Positions 38,210 through 52,365 are shown, numbered from the stretch's first letter. The stretch is 64,000 bases of DNA from Balanoglossus misakiensis (GCA_040954595.2 CM082577.2:9821846-9885845), one strand, 5' to 3'. Made by a program: numbers and translations. Notes: generated by a model from the sequence alone, not told the origin.

Positions 38210-41200
38210 TGTTTTTTTTTTTTTTTTTTTTTGGGGGGGGGGCTTTATCAGCATGTTTGTCGGATTGTCATTCTCTCGTTCAGAAAGGAAATGTTCCCTT
38301 GCATTTGTACAACTAATGTAGTGTAATTGTGTTTTAAATGCTTAATAATGAAAACTAACACTGACAACGGACACATTTTGTTCGTAGTGAATTAAACGCC
38401 CCTCCCTGAATGCCTAGTCTGAAATAAAACTTATGTTGAGAAGGAGAGTTGTACATTGATTAACGTTTTCAACGGTGTAGTACCGGTGCAGCAACGATCC
38501 AGATACGACTCCGACGGAGAATGCTTTTCGCCTGTGCTGCGCCGGTGTTAATTTTCGACAGCGATGACGGGTGGTTCAGATCCAGACCGAAGCAGATATA
38601 CAGTGAGAACGCAAAGCACAACCCTGTCGTGACTTTTGATTATGTTTATCTAGGTAACCTATTGTCTTGGGTCAGTTTCCATTGTTGAGTCAATAACACT
38701 GGACGCGAGTGGTTTTCTAGCCACTCGCAGTTAGCCGGGTCTGCCACCAACTTTAGGTGCTTTCGATCGCCGAAAAGACGAGGCGTTTTCGATTTGTGGA
38801 TTAACATCCAGTACTTCTAAACGATATCAAAACGGTCATGAAGAAGACAACAAAGTCGTCCAGAACGCATATCCAGGTATAGAAACTGAGATATGTTGCA
38901 ATTACATGTCCTCGACGTCCTCAATTTTTGTTAGTTGCCGTGTTCCTAAACATTGCCATTTAGACGGCGTTGATCTCAAAACAATGTCCGTTTAGTGTGT
39001 GGACGCACACAGATTCTGAGGGCTAATCCCCTGTTAGCAAGAAACAGGAAGTGCTACCATATTCGTCATTTTTAAGTTGCTGCAATTGATCTGTAGTTTG
39101 TACGTGTATGCTTTACGTGTATGCATCTGTGGTAACATAAAACACAGGTTACAAATGAACATAAATGACTACGTGTACATAGTGTTTTGAACCACTAGCA
39201 TTCTTTATCTGAATTGGAGGTTGCGCAACTAGACTAGAAAAACCAGAAATGCCATGGGATCAATCATAGACCCTATGGATCAATCAAACGTGTTTGGGGT
39301 TCAAACCGACCGGCTTCCTTGCTGGTAAGCAACCGGTGCGCCAGTAGACTAGCCCACTAGTCGCTTGGTGATTTTTAAATCTAAATAGTTAAGGTGTTTT
39401 CGATGGTTTTTTGTCTTAATAAATAATTTCAATACTTTTTGCGTGCATGCTTGCTTTCGAATTTGGGACTGAGCTTGTGGTTTCGGGTAGCGTGGGTCTA
39501 CGCGTTCCCTACACATAATGAAGCCCATAGACAAGGAGCAAGCCTAGCGCGCCAGGTAAACAAGCGCGCTTCCTGTGACCCGGCTGGCCATGCAAGCCAG
39601 GTAGCTCATGAATATTCAGGATTCAAGCCTGGCGCGCTCAGCAAGCACGCTCACCAGGCCTGGCGAGCAGGGCGAGCCACCTGGCTTGCTGCGTTCAGGA
39701 GCAGGCGCGCCAGGTAGAACAGGACATTCAGTCTGTAGTGTAGGTGGACTGCACACAAGACAGCTATACAGTGTAGTCCTAGAATGGAAAAATATTTCAT
39801 TGTGTCATTTTTGTAATAAGACCGCACACAAACATATAAAAAGTTGTTTGCACTCTGTATGTACCTAAAGGAAGGCGTAGGTCGGCAGAGGGATTTGTTG
39901 AATGGATTGAAATAAAAGTACGCATGACTTTCGAAAATGAAAAAAAATCGTGCCGCCAGAAATACTGGTAATTGTGTGAAATATTGATGATTCTGACTGA
40001 GATTCGCTCTTAATGGTAATATGATTAATGTACATCGCCGGATCTAATAAACATTGAATTCGCAGTTAAGTTGTTCCCATCGCGATCAACCATTATTGCT
40101 ACAAACACCTGGCATTTAAAAAAGATTTTCTCCGCTGAGTCAGAAGTAAGTGGTAGTTGTGTTTTTAATTTAAATTTATTTGGTTGATTTTTTGAACACT
40201 TCATTAATTAAGTCACAGACAACGATTAAGTTAACACACTTACATCGATAAAGCGACATTTGTGTATGTTGTGGGTTAGTTTATAAACATCAACTTTAAA
40301 TACTAATTAACACTACAGTGTGAATTATTCGTACTGCCGTGATCCACACGCTCAAATAAACCACGGTTACTAGAAAACCGTGAATAAACCATGTCAAGGT
40401 GTTAATCCATGTGTCGGACACGCGGCAAATAGACTTTGGCGGGAAAAAAATAAATAAACAAACAAACTACTAGTAAATCCTGCGGATTTTCTATTCCCAA
40501 CAGATTACACAGAAAAGTCCGAGTATTTTCTAAATTCCGTTTTGCGAGACTACACCTTTGACACCGGAGAGCAAAGAGGCCTGGACAGGCGAAGATGCAC
40601 CGGCGACTGCCTGGCTGCTACCCGACTCCTGCAGAACGTGTGTGTATATCGTGTGGTAGATAAAGCGACATACATCGCAAGGTCTCCCCGTCAGACAAGC
40701 GCAGTTACACAGACAGCCTCAAGTAACTTGCAGAAAAAAAAAGGGCAGAAAACCTTCGATTCTGCAGAAGTCGCACGTATTTGTGAAAACTGCGAAGGTT
40801 CTGCATCGAGGCGCCCGCGCAGACATCACGTCGTTTGACTAATCTGAGCTAAATATAGCACATCGGCTTTAAACAGGGCATGACTCGCGCGGCGATCGTA
40901 CCCCGTAAATTATCTGCGGCGCAGCGAGCAAGATGCCGCGGGGGAATTGTGAGCGAGCCGACGAGCGAGAGTGAGATGCTATCACCATCCGCAATCTGGG
41001 CAGGACTGTCACCGTGTGTTAAATTTGGCAACACAGTTCAACGTTCCGTATCAAATCAGCGTTGCTGTCGGTGACTCACCGATGTAATTCGATAAAGTCC
41101 GATCCTAGCTTCCTCGTAGATGAGAGGGAGAGAGAGAGAGGCAGAGAGTTGGCAGTGCCCATGCCTAATTCGGGGGCAGACAACGAGACACGATGTGCTT

Positions 41201-41411
41201 TGCGATAACTAAATGATCCCATCAGTATGATTAACGACGGTGCTTACAAAAACGGAACGGATATTAATTTGATTTCGCCTTAGCACAGTGGTATTACTGG
41301 GGTCACACACGTTCGGCTCCAACACGTACACATATACAAGCTAGCTTTTTGTTTGCGACGCACTTGCGTTCATTGCCTTTTTGAGTGCAATGCTCTCTCT
41401 CTGTATGTCTC

Positions 41412-41443
<32 letters not shown>

Positions 41444-42225
41444 ACACACACTCTCTCAGCATATTCGATTATGCATTTTATTGATATCGTCAGTACTTAA
41501 TTTCGATTGAACAATACAACATCTACGAACATAATCATTTCTACTTTACAATGTGTTTTTTTATAGCTGGATAAACACGTGAGCTCTCTCACCTGAGCCC
41601 GAACATGTGCGAGTTATACATTGATAAATTCGAACGGATAAAACGTCTATTTTTAAAAATGCAATTGTTACTTGCAAAGTTGAAACGTTACCGTATCTTC
41701 TGACAGGCACGATGGAGAACGCCACGCTGGAAAATTTCGCCGAATATCGGGAAACCAGCTTGAAGTCGGCAGTCGCCATGGCACGCGCAGTCGCGTTCAT
41801 ATCTTGTACCAACCTACGCGTAGACCGTAGGTGACCAAGCTTTGCTTCGCAGTCATCCGGTCTTGTCAAATACACGTAAATTTGCCGCTCAAACATTCAG
41901 ATGTACACTGTCTTGTTTCAGTCTATTTTAGGATGAGTCAGTTGTAGACTCAAAACAACAAACGAGAAAAAAACACACAAAAAAACACGTGAATTCGAGA
42001 CTCGTTTCGGAGAAGAACATCGTTGTTGAATACGCCGAATAATTACTGCCAACGAGTCATATCATGCAAAAAAGCGCCACCAGAGAACTCCGCATGCCTG
42101 CTGCACGGATCCAATGAATCAATGACTCCTCGCGCATGCTCCGTTGTACGCATCTGCTTGTTTATCACACAGGTATTACATGTATAATATATGAATCACA
42201 TGTGTCACGTTCTTATCATGTAGTA

Positions 42226-42261
42226 TATATAAAGGTCTCTCACACGCTTTGTCAGTCAGTT
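42226..42261 (+). promoter_or_regulatory. Candidate core promoter (TATA box + initiator) of the RASD-like gene
   Basis: TATATAAA at 42226-42233 and Inr-like TCAGTT at 42256-42261, ~30 bp apart; no ATG in the ~250 nt between the Inr and the start codon. Confidence 0.65.
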
Positions 42262-42507
42262 GTGTTGTACCTCTCCAGAACAGACGCACCTATCCACACT
42301 TATCACCGGTGCATTCAAGTTGTTCATCTCTGTCACCGAAGAGTCGACTACACCAGTTCAGCCGATTCTCACCAGGTGTCGAGGCATCAACTTCAGCGAG
42401 AGCAGCCAAGCTGAATCAACGCATTCTGCATTGACCGCCAGCGTGCTAGTATTTTACTAACCGAGAAACATTTGCGTTCTACTACTACTACTACCAAACA
42501 CATCATC

Positions 42508-43170
42508 ATGCCCAGAAGCAGATCCCTGAAAGAGCGAGTCTCCGACGAGAACCTGAACGTGAAAGAGAGCAAACGGCTGGTCGTGATGGGAGCGGCCGGC
42601 GTGGGCAAGTCGTCCGTCATCTCGCGGTTCCTCTACGGCAAATTCAACGAGAAGTACCGGGAGACGGTGGAGGACCTCCACATGAGGGAGTTCGACGTGA
42701 ACGGCCACACGCTCCACCTGGAGGTGCTGGACACGTCGGGGTCGTTCTCCTTCCCGGCGATGCGCAAACTCTCCATCGCCTCTGGCGACGTCTTCGTGCT
42801 GGTGTACGCCATAAGCGACAAGGACTCGCTGGACGAAGTCACGAGGTTACGAAACCAGATCCTGGAGCAGAAAGACGGCAAGGCGACGTCCATCATCGTG
42901 GTGGGCAACAAGAGCGACATGGAAGACGAGCGAAAAGTGGAGAAAGACGACGTAGAAAGCCTGACGTATCACTGGGACTTGGAGCACATCGAAACTTCGG
43001 CCAAGGACAATGCGAACATCGAGCGAGTCTTCAAGGAAGTGCTGAAGAGCGCCAAGCTGCCCACCCACCTCATGAGCTCCATTCTGATCCGACAGAAAAG
43101 CCTTCCGAGCGAGATTCACCAGCCGAAAGACAAGCACAGCCACAGGAAAGATGCGTGCGTCTTATCATGA
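42508..43170 (+). CDS. Intronless RASD/Rhes-family (Ras superfamily) small GTPase, 220 aa, most like fish rasd3/rasd4-type proteins
   Basis: G1 GAAGVGKS, effector YRETVEDLH, G3 DTSGSFSFPAMRKLSI (RASD signature), G4 GNKSD, G5 ETSAKD, C-terminal CAAX CVLS; strong GC3 bias; likely start is the ATG at 42508 (atcATG) rather than the TTG at 42472. Confidence 0.95.
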   Translation: MPRSRSLKERVSDENLNVKESKRLVVMGAAGVGKSSVISRFLYGKFNEKYRETVEDLHMREFDVNGHTLHLEVLDTSGSFSFPAMRKLSIASGDVFVLVYAISDKDSLDEVTRLRNQILEQKDGKATSIIVVGNKSDMEDERKVEKDDVESLTYHWDLEHIETSAKDNANIERVFKEVLKSAKLPTHLMSSILIRQKSLPSEIHQPKDKHSHRKDACVLS

Positions 43171-45080
43171 ACAGTATAGTCTCTCCGAGACCAAACATTC
43201 AAACTGTTTTGCACGCAAAGGCGCGCCTTCCGCACGTGAAGCACGAACGGCGTATTGTCGCAGGTGAGCGAGTGCAACGGAGCCAGAGAACGCAGCTAAA
43301 CCTGAAAACATTGTTCTGTACTGTTCAAAAGATGACTATTTTTGACAAACATTGCGAACATTTCATACCAGCCAACTGTTTTAATTATCACGGTACACGT
43401 CTATCTATATAGTCGATGTCGATGGGACGAACTGCTTGTGTTGTTATGTATACTGTACGTCCCTATCCAAGCACAGTGCGTTTCCACGGCGATGCGATGC
43501 CGACCGATTTTGTACTCATTTTTTTACGTGGGCGGTAATACCTTGAACTGCGTGTCTGGCGGCTTCCATTCATAAATTCAGCGTGCAATACACTTTTACT
43601 CAGCAGGCACGTTTCCTTAACACCGCCGACGAGTGGAACGGGGGCACTCAGCCTAGCGCAGTCAAGGTTATAACGGACACGGGCAAATTTGCCACAGTAC
43701 GCGGTTGATGACCGCATCACGATACAGTGAACTACAGTGCAAATGTATAACAAGTAAACCACTTTGCCCGGGTATAGAGAAAATTGTACAATGGGACGTT
43801 GTTTACATGACTTTGGCTACCGCGATCTTTTGATAAGCAAGGGAATATATTTGTAAATGAAAAAAAGAAAAACCTTTGTAAGATTTATGTCATGAAATGT
43901 TGATCAAACAGAGCTGTATAAGATGGAAAGCACTTAGAGATTTGATAACAGCTGGCTATACATTTTTTTGTAAATAAGCATTAATTTCCAACGTAAACAC
44001 ATATATTTCTGTGACAAGCGAACATTTATAGCTTTTTCATGATGGGGGAACATGCCTTTAAAAGGATCATTCATTCCATGTTTATAGTCCATTTTTCCGT
44101 GCCTGTTTTTTATTGTGTACGCTTTATATACGAGACCCCGTTGTCGATTTTTGTATGGAGGAATAAACGGTATTTTTCAATTTACTACTACTGGCTCGTG
44201 TGACTATTATAATTCCACCCTGGAAATACTCCGGACGGCCGTGTTGATCACCTGTCATGCAGAGGGGTGTAGTGGTTGATTGATGGCGTGTGCGTAAGCA
44301 CCAGACCCGCAGTGATTTGAGGCTCGCGGTGGGAGGGGTATAATTGGCCGCGCACCGGAGAGAGAACGGTGCATCATTTGACACGATATACTGACTCAGA
44401 GGTTGAAGTCGTCGTTTTCTGACCGCGCTTTTTGTTGAAAAGCCTACGTGAGCACACAACAGAACGTGAAGCTACAGACGACGCGGGCGATGACTGACAT
44501 GATCGCAAATGAGTGAAAATGAATTAATGAGTCACGCACCCGTGTAAGTCATTTCAGCGCGGTCCAATATTACCCAGTTGCGACGAACATAATTCAGAAC
44601 CGTATAAACACCTTTAGATTTACCAAACTACCTTTGTTGATAGCTGCTAGAATACAAACATGCAAGCTCGTCTTTGTTTATTTTACGTATTATAGTAATT
44701 CCACGTGACAAACGAGGGTCACTTTTTAACATCTTTGTTCTCAATATCCGTTCAGCGAGATCCTTCCTTTGATTCTCACCATAAACCTCCAGGCAAGGAG
44801 AGTTCGAGCGGAAAAATTAAAAATGGAAAATTATAAAGGAACATTTAAAGTCATGCTCGCCCAGACACCTTCTCAACCGGTTGTGGTACCGACATAATGT
44901 TAGGATGATCACACGTCTTACAAATTGAGGTCACAGAGGGCATACCTGGTGTTTCCATGGAAACGATGAGTGTTTTTGTTTTAGCGGGAAAGCCTGTCGA
45001 ACGATATGTTGTCGTCTCCCTCCTCGTCCCTCTCCTCGTCCCTCTCCTCCTCCACCTCCACCCCTCCTCCCCCTCCTCCC

Positions 45081-45200
<120 letters not shown>

Positions 45201-46327
45201 CACCAAAATAACAAAGAGACACATAAACATGCACAAACATAATTCTATATCAAAATGATGGGAAAAAAACAAGTGTTAAATTATGTGTTATTAACACCTC
45301 TACTTAATTGTTTTGATCAAGACATGGTTAGAGGAAACAACGGTAGATTAAGAAAGGATTTCAGATCTGCTCCTTTTGGGGGAAAATGCACAATAGGGGA
45401 GGCAACACATGTGTTAAAGAACACAAGGTCTGTAATATTTCCTCGCGTTGTCATGGCGACACCGCTCTTTCCGTACGCATAATAGCGCGGTCGTTCTCGA
45501 TGTGATGAACAACGCTGAAATCACGATGCTGGCGCACGTGGCTTCTTCAATGACAGACTACTAGTATCTCCGGGACAAAAAAATCGGATAGGATAGCCGC
45601 AGACCATTAGTCGCGCTGTCGCTATGGCAACCACCGGTGCTTGACTAGCATACTCATTCTCTTTTGAGTCTTGGCTATAACCCGCCTTGATTGTCCCGCG
45701 CCGATGATTGTGTAACGGGGGGGGGGGAGAGAATGAAAATAAGGGGCTTAGAGAAAACGACCCCATTTAGAGGATTTTGTGTATGCTTGTGATTATATTC
45801 GGATTACATAGGTACTCTGTCACGAATCGCGCTGTACGCCCATGAATAGCCGCATGAGACGTATAGCAGGTTCCTATATAGACGTACATGGCGACTTGAC
45901 ACGAAACTCCTGTTCTTACAACGTACGAGTCTTTAAAATGCCCTTGTTTTACTACAGCCCTTCGGTGTCTGTACAAATACAAAGCAAGACGAAAGAAGCA
46001 CGCGTGTACATTAAAAAATCAGTTGCAAGGATTAAGAAAGTCGAGCGATGATGGATGTCAAAAGCATATGCGTAAATTACGAAGTTGGAAATAAAACATG
46101 ATTTCCCCCCTACAATTCGACCCCCACTCCCCTCGATGGAAAAGAACAAATACATGTATAACGTCTTTTGCAAATAGCGGATATCAGCAAGGCGGGGGAA
46201 AGCCTCGTGTAAACAACATCAACTGTAAAACAACAACAAGATCTGTCCGATGCTATACCAGCGTCTTTGTAAACGATTCCAAACATGTCACGTGTATTCG
46301 GCGGAAAAAGACCCAAATGGTCAAAGT

Positions 46328-46425
46328 TGTAATGTAATGTAATGTAATGTAATGTAATGTAATGTAATGTAATGTAATGTAATGTAATGTAATGTAATGT
46401 AATGTAATGCAATGTAATGTAATGT
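46328..46425. repeat. (AATGT)n pentanucleotide microsatellite
   Basis: Directly visible. Confidence 0.96.
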
Positions 46426-47789
46426 ATGTTGTTGTTGTTTGGGGGGGGGGAAATGTTTACCACAGGAAGCTCAATTTCTTCTCAAATAAATAAATAGGCT
46501 AACTCCCTTGTAAAGAGCACGAAAATTACTTGCATAAACAACCCGAAGCAACCGGTATTTCTTGTTGTGTACTCAACAGCATGATAGGACGGAAATAATA
46601 AGCCAGTTCTAAATAGGTATTCAATACTATTTTGTTGACTCTTCTGGTTAGTTAGAGTAGAAAAAGAGGAATATAATTGACTTTGATCGACCAGCTTATT
46701 TATTCCAACCGAGGCGCACATCAAAACACAGGAAGGGGGAGCGAACCGCGCCATCTACACTCTCTTTTCGATTGGGGACAGTCCGTTGCCATGGTATTTC
46801 GATTATCGAAGGCGCGGTTTTTTCCCCACAAGTGTATAAATCCCGACCGCACTCTGAAGTATTGCTTTTCAACTCCCGGATGACGTCACCGCCTGTTTCC
46901 AAGTCAACGGCCTACTTGCGGGGTTTTTCCCCTTATCAGACCGAACCCCGTCCGCTACTCGGTGTTTCAAGATCCAAAACAGGATGTTGATCTCTCGGAA
47001 GAAGTGGCTGCAATTCTTTTCTCGATCAAGCAACGCGTATATACATTATCCCGATATTAAAGTGAAGTGTATGGACTTTAGACGTTTTCCATTTAAAGCT
47101 CGAGTCCGATGCAGGTATACACAAGTAGTCGTGTGTATACACTGCGAATAAATGGTCGTCAATATTACACGCCGTCAGAAGTTGCAAATCACACGTGTTG
47201 TAATCTTCCATCTATACCATCATACAGTTTCTGACGTCTCTTGAAAGATGATACGGTCGTCGTCTACGGCATTAAGTATAGCGTGTAGCACGTTTAATGG
47301 GATTCTTCTACGCTCGACGCCCGCACATTTAATTTGTTTTGTCCGCATCAATGGCTAGACTGTACAAGATAAGTTTAAGTGTCCATTTTAGCTGGTAATG
47401 GCGACTCTTCAGAATACAACGTTGCAATTAGAGGCATCATCATTTCCCTTTTGCGACAACAACAGCCTCTCAGAAGTTGAAATTTATCACGCTCTCACCG
47501 TTTCGTGTATTTCGGCCGATTTCCGGTCGGCATTTCGTTTAATTTCGTCGTCTTCGAGAGGCACGATTATAACAATTGGATAATTGTTATTTTCTGTAAT
47601 GTAGCACACTGTCGACTTTAGATAGAGTAGTGAAATATCCACAGTATGAGCTGAAGATCCCAGACTGTGGCGGAACGTAAATGTCTTGGTGCAATGTGAT
47701 ATGGTTGTATGATGTGATTTGATAGAAAATTGGTACATGTATATTATATACAATACGATGTAATGCAATACAATAATACGTTGTGGTCG

Positions 47790-48115
47790 GTGTGATTTGA
47801 TGTGATGTGATGTGATGTGATGTGATGTGATGTGATGTGATGCGATGCAATACAATACAATGCAAAACAATACAATACAATACAATACAATACAATACAA
47901 TACACTACAATACAATACAATACAATACAATACATTCCAGTACAAAACAATACAGTACAGTACAGTGCAATGCAATGCAATACAGCCCATCCCATACCAT
48001 CCCAGCACACCAGAGCACAGCACAACAAACACAACACAACACAACACAACACAACACAACACAGCACAACACAACACAACACAACACAACACAACACAAC
48101 ACAACACAACATAAC
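47790..48115. repeat. Compound pentanucleotide microsatellite (TGTGA)-(CAATA)-(CAGTA)-(CAATG)-(CAACA)
   Basis: Directly visible; accounts for the 286-aa ORF at 47487-48347. Confidence 0.95.
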
Positions 48116-48794
48116 ACTGTATTCCTGTCCACTCTAAATTGCAGGCTTCATGGATTCTATATGCTATTCGATAAGCGTAAGAAACAACAACACCGGTAAC
48201 AGAAGCAGCAACACAACAAATCCGACGACAACAACCCATTTTTACCGGAACTGTGAGAATAATATTATCAATGAAACGGTTAAACGTTATCGTACGACGC
48301 CAGAAATCATTTTTTGTCGCAGAACTACGAAATTCAAGCTGTGGCACTTATACTGTCTTATCCTCTCTGCTTGCAATAATGTAACTGAAACAGTATAGAT
48401 AAAACAAAACGAAGCGCAACAAATACGAAATTGAGATTATTGACCGACGACAACTGATCGACCGAAAATCCAAAATGCAGATGATTATTGTTTTTAATTT
48501 TCCCTCATTTTGTCGATGTCTTCCCCGTTATACTGTCTAAATGAAAGTCGACAAAATCGAGATTCATCCAACGATTTTTATTTTCTACCGTGACGTCAAT
48601 CACCCGCGGGCTTGCAGGCAATACCTGTTATTCCTTTGCCAGAATCTACTATAGTAATTGCACCATCTCCGATGGCGCAGCAGATATTTTTCCATAAATT
48701 TTGTTGTGATTTTGCAGAGATCATAGTGAGAAAGTAGGACATTTTTGGGTCAGAGGAATACGGAGTTAGCCATTTGAACGTCACATTGTTCGGT

Positions 48795-48968
48795 CAAATT
48801 GTGGTGCAACATTTTTCATGATTTTCACACTTTCCCCCTATTTTCCACTTAATTCTAGACCAATTGGATGTAATGTTCCAATATCTGCAGGTCTTGATCA
48901 AAATTGTAGAAAAAATTATGGTAAAAGTTATGAGGTGAAAAATGACAAGTTGACTATGTGGCGTTAAG
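48795..48968 (+). repeat. Dispersed repeat copy related to 53276-53680
   Basis: Shares TGTGGTGCAACATTT, TAGACCAA, CAGGTCTTGATCAA, AAAAGTTATGAGG and TGACTAT blocks with the 53.3-53.7 kb units. Confidence 0.75.
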
Positions 48969-50351
48969 ACACTGTTCCCAGATGGTTATAATGTATTTTA
49001 TTTCTGAACAAGCTGCATTGCATCGTATTGTTCTGTATTTCTATTTGTATTGTGTCGTATTGCACTGCAATATCGAGTGTTTAGCCTATCAACACAGCCC
49101 ATGCATTTACTGTTTGTAATTTGAATTCAAGGCCAGAATTTTCGAATATTTTTTATCAACAATACCAATTGAATGACGGTTTTTGTGTTGACAGCCAGAA
49201 TACGGGGCATTTAAACGTGCCCAGGAGTAAAACAAGAAACTATGTGGGCTTTCCATCCACGCAGCCGCTAAACCAGCTCATTGCCGTGTCGTTCACTATG
49301 GAGCGCGACGGATTTATGAATGATGATATTGTTATCCAAACGACGAGAATTCCACATCACAAACAAAAGTACAGAACTGACTCAAATATATATTTATTTC
49401 AGAGAATGGGACGAAGTATACTCATATATAGCTACTGTTTGATATGAGATTCAAAGTGCAAGGAACTCTATGGGGAAACGGCGTCGACGGTTGATACCGT
49501 AATCCGGTCAATAGAATTAGCGCTTTATTTAAAATTTAATTTCTTAAATTAAAAGATATTCGTGGACATAGCCGATGCCGTAATATACCATGGATTTGTA
49601 ATGGGCACGTTTCCTTTCGGCGAGTAAACTGAATATCTGCGGCGAAAGAATGCTTGGTGGATGTAGATCAGAGAATGACCTTAGCGGAGTCACAGCGGAG
49701 CGGGACATTGACATCATCTAAAATTTAAAAACACAGGGTCCGGTTACACGCAATGTTTTTCGAATCTGTATATTCACGGCGTAATTCGTCGATTATAGAG
49801 TTCCATTTTGACAAGCGCCGTGCTGGCGGTGCGTATACGAATCGCTCACTCCCCGGTAACATTACACTGTCAATTTGCCTGTCGTTATAACATTCAAGAT
49901 TCAGTTACAGAAAACCCTGGATTTTAAGACGTCCCTTAAGCCGGCGATTGCGATTGATCCCACCTATATAAGGAAGGACTTGTTGCAAAGAAGTTGAACA
50001 ACCGACTGCGTGTATCACGCCATCCCATTCCCAAGAATCACCGGCGGGAGGTGATAAGCGGCCTCTGGCATGTTGTAACCGAAGAAAATGCGCCATTCAT
50101 TGATTAAAAATGTATGAGAACACCGACAACTTTATGACGTAGGTAGGTATAGTCCGTGTGCTACGGCAGACGCCTGAGTGTCTGCCGCGAATCTGTGAAC
50201 TTTCGGGCGTTTTCGAAGTCACAAGCACGAAAGGATGCTGAAAAACAACAACAAGTGTTCACACACACGATCAGTTCTTGTAACTGTTTGCTTTAAGGAA
50301 GCCGTGGACATTTGGAGAGAGAGAAGGGAAAGAGAGAGGGGAAGAAAGCAG

Positions 50352-50689
<338 letters not shown>

Positions 50690-52092
50690 CACCTAGAGGT
50701 GTAATTACATGTTTATACCCTTTAATTAACAACTGGATGCTATGTTTCCGACATCTCTGGTGCTAACTTTGAAAAAAAACCCGGAAAAATGGGCGATACA
50801 TTAACAGTTCACGCAAAACCATAGCGCAAGGGTCATTGTCATATTAACAGGTAGCGCATGAACCAATGGGGACACAGGGTACGAACGTGGCTGAGCCGGT
50901 GATTAAATAAATCCTGGCATGACTAATACACATTCATTGTCGCCGCTTCTATTTCTATTGCAAAATAACGATTTTTTGCGTCTTTCCCCGAGGCTGCAGT
51001 GTTTCCAGGGAATGGATATCAGTGACGTTTGTCAATATTTCATTGAAAAACCTTTGTAGGTGTTTGGCTTTCGTAGTATAGAAAAAAGTGCAACACCTTT
51101 ATCTTTTTTGTGGTAGGTTAATAAGATATTAATCACTTGTTTTTCTCAGTAATACAAATTATTGGAAATCTCTCCCAAGAAACCATATACTGCTTCTTCA
51201 TAATCGCACATGACCTGGTATCATCTCTCTCTCTCTGTCTCTGTCTCTCTCTCGGAGCGGAGCGGAGTACAGCCAAGCGATTAACCCGATAGATGGTTCA
51301 GCAACACGAGATGAGCTGATGCGAGTGGAGTAGGTTCTTTGATGCTAGATTTTGATTTGTGGCTCATGAATGAACGTCGCCGACCATGCCTCGGATAAAG
51401 AAAGGTAATATCAGAAACAAATAAAACCCGAGCGACGCCATGCAATGTAACGGTCTTTCACACGTCAACGATTTGTATCGTTTTTCATTTATACGAAATT
51501 GCTGTCACGACTTGGTGATATACGATTTCGCTATACGATCTCGTAATACGACTCATTTTGAAACGTTGCTCTTGGGCATGCAGGCGTTAGCAGGCAGAAT
51601 GAAATAAAAAGACTCTCGCGTACTTTCCCCTCTTTGGCAGATCGGATCGGTTCCCAGGGCAACAGGTGTGGTAATATTTAATGTAAGTTCATATTCCAGG
51701 TCTCCACGCCGTCTTTTATTTTTTGCAGATCGAAGCGATCGTTAAAGTATTGTTGCATTTTCTCCACGTTGCGCTCTAAATATATGTGTCGCGGCCTCAA
51801 TATTGCACGGTCCTTCCGTCTGGCGTTGCTCCAATTAACACTTCACAGCAGCTATAGACCACTCTACTGTTTTCGAGTCCTTCGAATTCGCCAGGGAAGA
51901 AGTGTGGCACAGATGCGACATTGGACGCTTGGCATACAAACTGTGTGATATGACTGCAGCGTCATCTGCGACTGGCTTATAGTCAGTGCGCCCTTGATTG
52001 CGTCCCTGGGCTTCAGAAGCGATCACGCGATGCTGTGAGCCAGGGTGATTGAAAGTTTTCCGTGAACAATACTCGGCCACGAGGAATTCAAA

Positions 52093-52150
52093 CAATCAAT
52101 CAATCAATCGACCGACCGACCGACCGACCGATCGATCGATCGATCGATCG

Positions 52151-52199
<49 letters not shown>

Positions 52200-52365
52200 C
52201 CAACCAACCAACCAACCAACCAACCAACCAACCAACCAACCAACCAACCAACCAACCAACCAACCAACCAACCAACCAACCAACCAACCAACCAACCAAC
52301 CAACCAACCAACCAACCAACCAACCAACCAACAAACAAACAAACAAACAAACAAACCAATCAATA
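52093..52365. repeat. Compound tetranucleotide microsatellite (CAAT)-(CGAC)-(CGAT)-(CAAT)-(CAAC)-(AAAC)
   Basis: Directly visible. Confidence 0.97.

Larger units (their letters stand above)
34053..39740. mobile_element. 5.7-kb CACTA/EnSpm-like (CMC) DNA transposon, apparently non-autonomous, carrying a BEN-domain gene
   Basis: Perfect 21-bp TIRs CACTACAGACTGAATGTCCTG (34053-34073) and CAGGACATTCAGTCTGTAGTG (39720-39740), each flanked by TA; GC-rich subterminal repeats at both ends (CCTGGCGCGC in both orientations; GGGCCC cluster on the left). Confidence 0.85.

Noticed and set aside
42457-43143. Antisense ORFs over the GTPase
   Set aside because: Shadows of the high-GC3 sense CDS.
47487-48347. 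286-aa Cys-rich ORF
   Set aside because: Built from compound pentanucleotide repeats; no domain or codon bias.
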